From Verrucomicrobiota bacterium (lineage in GTDB: Bacteria > Verrucomicrobiota > Verrucomicrobiia > Limisphaerales > AAA164-E04), in the NCBI GenBank assembly GCA_047947115.1, contig CP170459.1:1344001-1408000 (forward strand): 64,000 nt of DNA, written 5' to 3'. Of the stretch, positions 61,037 through 64,000 are shown piece by piece. Under the pieces are notes generated by a model that worked only from the letters and a program-made list of their open reading frames with translations, did no database searches and was not told the origin of the DNA. The position numbers and the translations under genes were made by a program. How positions within the stretch are numbered: the first letter of the stretch is position 1; each line of letters opens with the position of its first letter.

Positions 61037-64000
61037 CTACCGTTGGCAGCCGGCGCAAACAGCCGGGTCATGCATGATCAGGCCGGATGCCAGCGGTGAT
61101 TGCTCCCAGTAAAACGGTTTTCTGATTCGGGGATGGTTGCCGATTTCGTTCATGGTTTTGGCTTCGAACATCCGTCCGTTGGCGATTACCCATTCGATGT
61201 TTTGTGACTGTCGAATGTCTTTTGTTGGGTCGGCATCTTCCTCAAAGATGATCAGGTCAGCCAGCTTGCCGGTTTCGATCGTACCCAAATCCTTATCCAG
61301 CCCCAGATATAGAGCGCCGTGGAGGGTTCCTGATCGCAGGGCTTCCAATGGCGTCATACCTCCCTGCACAAAACTCCACATTTCCCAGTGGGTGCAGATG
61401 CCGTTCAATTGGCCGTGCCCGCCGGCTTGAACCAGACCGCCGTTGTCGATCAGTCGTTTCGTGATCCGTGCCTGCCGGATGTGATTGTAATCTTCAATCG
61501 GCGCCGTAGTACGTCGACGCGCGCGGGGAATGACTTTGTGTGGGGGATTAAACGCCATTACGCGGTCGTTGCGCCATACTTCATCCACATCATACCAATA
61601 ATTCTCCCCACCTAATCCTCCGTATGCCACACTCAACGTTGGGGTATATCCCACCGGAACATTCCTCCACAGATCCAATACGTCTCCATAGATCATTTCC
61701 ACTGGAACGGTGTGTTCAATTCCAGTGTGACCATCCACGATCATGGTCAGATTGTGCATGAAAGTGGCCCCGCCTTCAGGAACCACCATCATGTTCAGAT
61801 CCCTGGCTGCCTCGATGACCTGTTGACGTTGATCGCGGCGTGGTTGATTGTAGCTTTTCACACTGAAAGCCCCGATGGCTTTCATTCTGCGCAGGTGGAA
61901 GGCGGCGTCTTCCAGTGAATCAATCTCCGCTTTGAAACTTCCGGCAGCTCCATAAAGGATACGCCCGGTTGAAAAGGTGCGTGGCGCGGTGATCAATCCT
62001 GCTTTGGTCAATTCATTGGCGGCAAAAATCGCTTCCGTGTCGTTGGATGGATCGTGCACGGTGGTGACACCAAATCCGAGGCGCGCGTAATCCACCCAGT
62101 TCTGTTGGGGTGTGATACCAGAACTGGCTTGTTGTCCGTGAGCGTGTGTGTCGATGAATCCGGGCATGATCAAACGACCGTTCAGTTTGACGATGTGGGC
62201 GTTCTTGGGAATTGCGACCGCGCCATCAGGTCCTATGTCCACGATGCGATTGTGCTGGATGATGATGGTGGTGTTTTCGTCGATAAAAGGTCCCGCCATC
62301 GAAAGCATGCGTCCTCCGGTCAGGGCAATAATTCCGGAAGGCTTGTCGTGGGGGATTTCAAATCCAATGGTGGTTTGAGTAGGTTCGGAAGGTTCATCTT
62401 CCTTCGAGCGGGTCATTGCATCCATGGAAACCGGCAGTGTGAAAAGGTCCGGGCCGAGCGACCAGTGCAGCGAAGTTCCATCCTTCGAAAAATGAATCCA
62501 ATCACCTGCTTCCTCGCTCGCCTTCATCATAGGGATTCCTTTTTGATCAGGTCCAAGGCTGATGGTTTTGCCTGTCTGGACAAAGGGGGCCACATAGACA
62601 TGAAAACGTTCGATGAAGGCGATCCATTTTCCGTCGGGTGAAACCCTGTAGTCGGTGGCCCAGGTGCTGGAAAAGTGTTCTTGTTCTTCTTTGCCATCGA
62701 GTCCGATGGAGAAAAGTTTACGGTTGTCCGCGTTGGATTCGGATTGGTTGCGTTGAAGGAAAATGCGTTCGCTGGAAGCGCCAAATTGAGGGCGTGATCC
62801 ACGGTCGGTGACTTTGGACATCTCTCCCCCGTCGATCGAAGCAGCGTAGATCCCCAAATCCCGGGACCAAAGCGGACTGGTCAACCACCCCCCGCCTATT
62901 TTCTGGAATACGATGGTATTGCCGTCGGGTGAAAAGACGGGATCGATGTAGTGCCCTGGTTTGGTGGTGATGACTTTGCTGTCCGCATTAGGTTCATTCG
63001 TAACCGGTGCCACTCTGATCTCGCCCAGGTGTTCATCGTGCCAGGTGGTGTAAACGATCTGCTTTCCATCCGCTGAAAAACCGGGGTGAAACTCGAAATG
63101 CTCATTTTGCTCCGTTAACCGTCTGGGAGTGCCATCGGGAAGATCCTTGATATAGATGTGCCCGAGGGCCTGGTAAGCGACTCGATCACCTTGTGGTGAA
63201 ACTTGAACCCATTGGAGCATTTTGACCGGGAATGTTTCCGGCGCGACATCCATCGAAAACCGAACCGGTTCCGAGACGTCGCGTGTATCGCGAATATGAA
63301 ACGGAATTTCTGTTACAGATTGATCTGAAAGATTGAGTTGTTTGATCTTGCCCCTTGCCCAGAACACGATGGATCTGCCGTCCGGTGTCCATGAGTAGCC
63401 TGGATACACTCCGTGGATCGCCCAGGTTTCCTGCATGTCTCGCTCAAGATCATTATAGACCATTTGCACCGCTCCAGATGCGACATCCATCAAATGGAGA
63501 GCTGATTTTCCATCGTGTCTGCGCACAAACGAGATGGTTTTTCCATCCGGAGAGGGAGCTGGCCGGCAGGCTCCGCCTGGTCCGTCGATGAAGGTTTCGC
63601 GTTCGCCGGTTTTCAGTTTCAATCGATGTACGACATAGATTTGTCCATTGGAATCTTTGTCGTATTCAAAGCTTCCTCCGGGTGTGGCGTCTTCAGAATA
63701 GTAAAGGTATTCTCCGTCGGGTGAAAAAACAGGTTCGTTGACATCCTTTTGTTCGTTGTTTTTGGAGGTCAACTGAACCCCCGCGTGCGCTCCTCCTTCG
63801 ACACCTGACTTGTGGAACATCCACATTTCCCCTGCGCCCAGCGAGCGTCGACTGGTGAAATGTTTTCGGGCGACGATGTATTCCCCATCCGGTGACCAGT
63901 CGGGGTTGTTGAACAGCCGAAATGTTTCCTGAGTGATTTGATGGAGTATTCCGGATTCGATGTCGATGGTCCAGATGTTGTCTCCACCGCGTTCGTTTTT
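61037..64000 (-). CDS. Amidohydrolase with N-terminal PD40/TolB repeats (runs off right edge)
   Basis: SPDG repeats; PGFIDTHAH, GKLADL; frame stays open beyond 63826. Confidence 0.9.
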   Translation of the reverse strand, partial: KNERGGDNIWTIDIESGILHQITQETFRLFNNPDWSPDGEYIVARKHFTSRRSLGAGEMWMFHKSGVEGGAHAGVQLTSKNNEQKDVNEPVFSPDGEYLYYSEDATPGGSFEYDKDSNGQIYVVHRLKLKTGERETFIDGPGGACRPAPSPDGKTISFVRRHDGKSALHLMDVASGAVQMVYNDLERDMQETWAIHGVYPGYSWTPDGRSIVFWARGKIKQLNLSDQSVTEIPFHIRDTRDVSEPVRFSMDVAPETFPVKMLQWVQVSPQGDRVAYQALGHIYIKDLPDGTPRRLTEQNEHFEFHPGFSADGKQIVYTTWHDEHLGEIRVAPVTNEPNADSKVITTKPGHYIDPVFSPDGNTIVFQKIGGGWLTSPLWSRDLGIYAASIDGGEMSKVTDRGSRPQFGASSERIFLQRNQSESNADNRKLFSIGLDGKEEQEHFSSTWATDYRVSPDGKWIAFIERFHVYVAPFVQTGKTISLGPDQKGIPMMKASEEAGDWIHFSKDGTSLHWSLGPDLFTLPVSMDAMTRSKEDEPSEPTQTTIGFEIPHDKPSGIIALTGGRMLSMAGPFIDENTTIIIQHNRIVDIGPDGAVAIPKNAHIVKLNGRLIMPGFIDTHAHGQQASSGITPQQNWVDYARLGFGVTTVHDPSNDTEAIFAANELTKAGLITAPRTFSTGRILYGAAGSFKAEIDSLEDAAFHLRRMKAIGAFSVKSYNQPRRDQRQQVIEAARDLNMMVVPEGGATFMHNLTMIVDGHTGIEHTVPVEMIYGDVLDLWRNVPVGYTPTLSVAYGGLGGENYWYDVDEVWRNDRVMAFNPPHKVIPRARRRTTAPIEDYNHIRQARITKRLIDNGGLVQAGGHGQLNGICTHWEMWSFVQGGMTPLEALRSGTLHGALYLGLDKDLGTIETGKLADLIIFEEDADPTKDIRQSQNIEWVIANGRMFEAKTMNEIGNHPRIRKPFYWEQSPLASGLIMHDPAVCAGCQR

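Overview
Surface-polysaccharide locus, probably from a PVC-superphylum bacterium (Verrucomicrobia-like; inferred from gene content), in three parts. (1) At 1-11.3 kb and 45.1-55.1 kb, sugar-pathway genes alternate with small toxin-antitoxin/nucleotidyltransferase cassettes. About 16 co-oriented copies of a modular 200-650 bp element separate them: inverted ends, hairpin D, GTAG REP-like cluster, CTTTTAAGTG, hairpin E. Both hairpins vary in sequence but keep their pairing, and hairpin D is centred on TGTTC-N4-GAACA. Units flanking a cassette share private segments, one unit splits an MNT/HEPN pair at its GTGA overlap, and several toxin genes are truncated at repeat junctions. No integrase or RAYT is in the window. 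This integron-like array is the best candidate for an undescribed system. (2) At 11.5-45.1 kb, downstream of tRNA-His, an island carries AT-rich wzx/wzy/glycosyltransferase/WcaJ-like genes and a putative CMP-ulosonic-acid pathway. It is riddled with nested IS5, IS66, IS3, IS4, ISL3, IS1182-like and IS21 elements, a group II intron that homes to an IS5 end, and an IS110 remnant with a candidate bridge-RNA region abutting the repeat. (3) At 55-64 kb are mostly housekeeping genes (suhB-like, gatB, ECF sigma, arsC, aquaporin, amidohydrolase). All calls come from reading the sequence; no searches were run.
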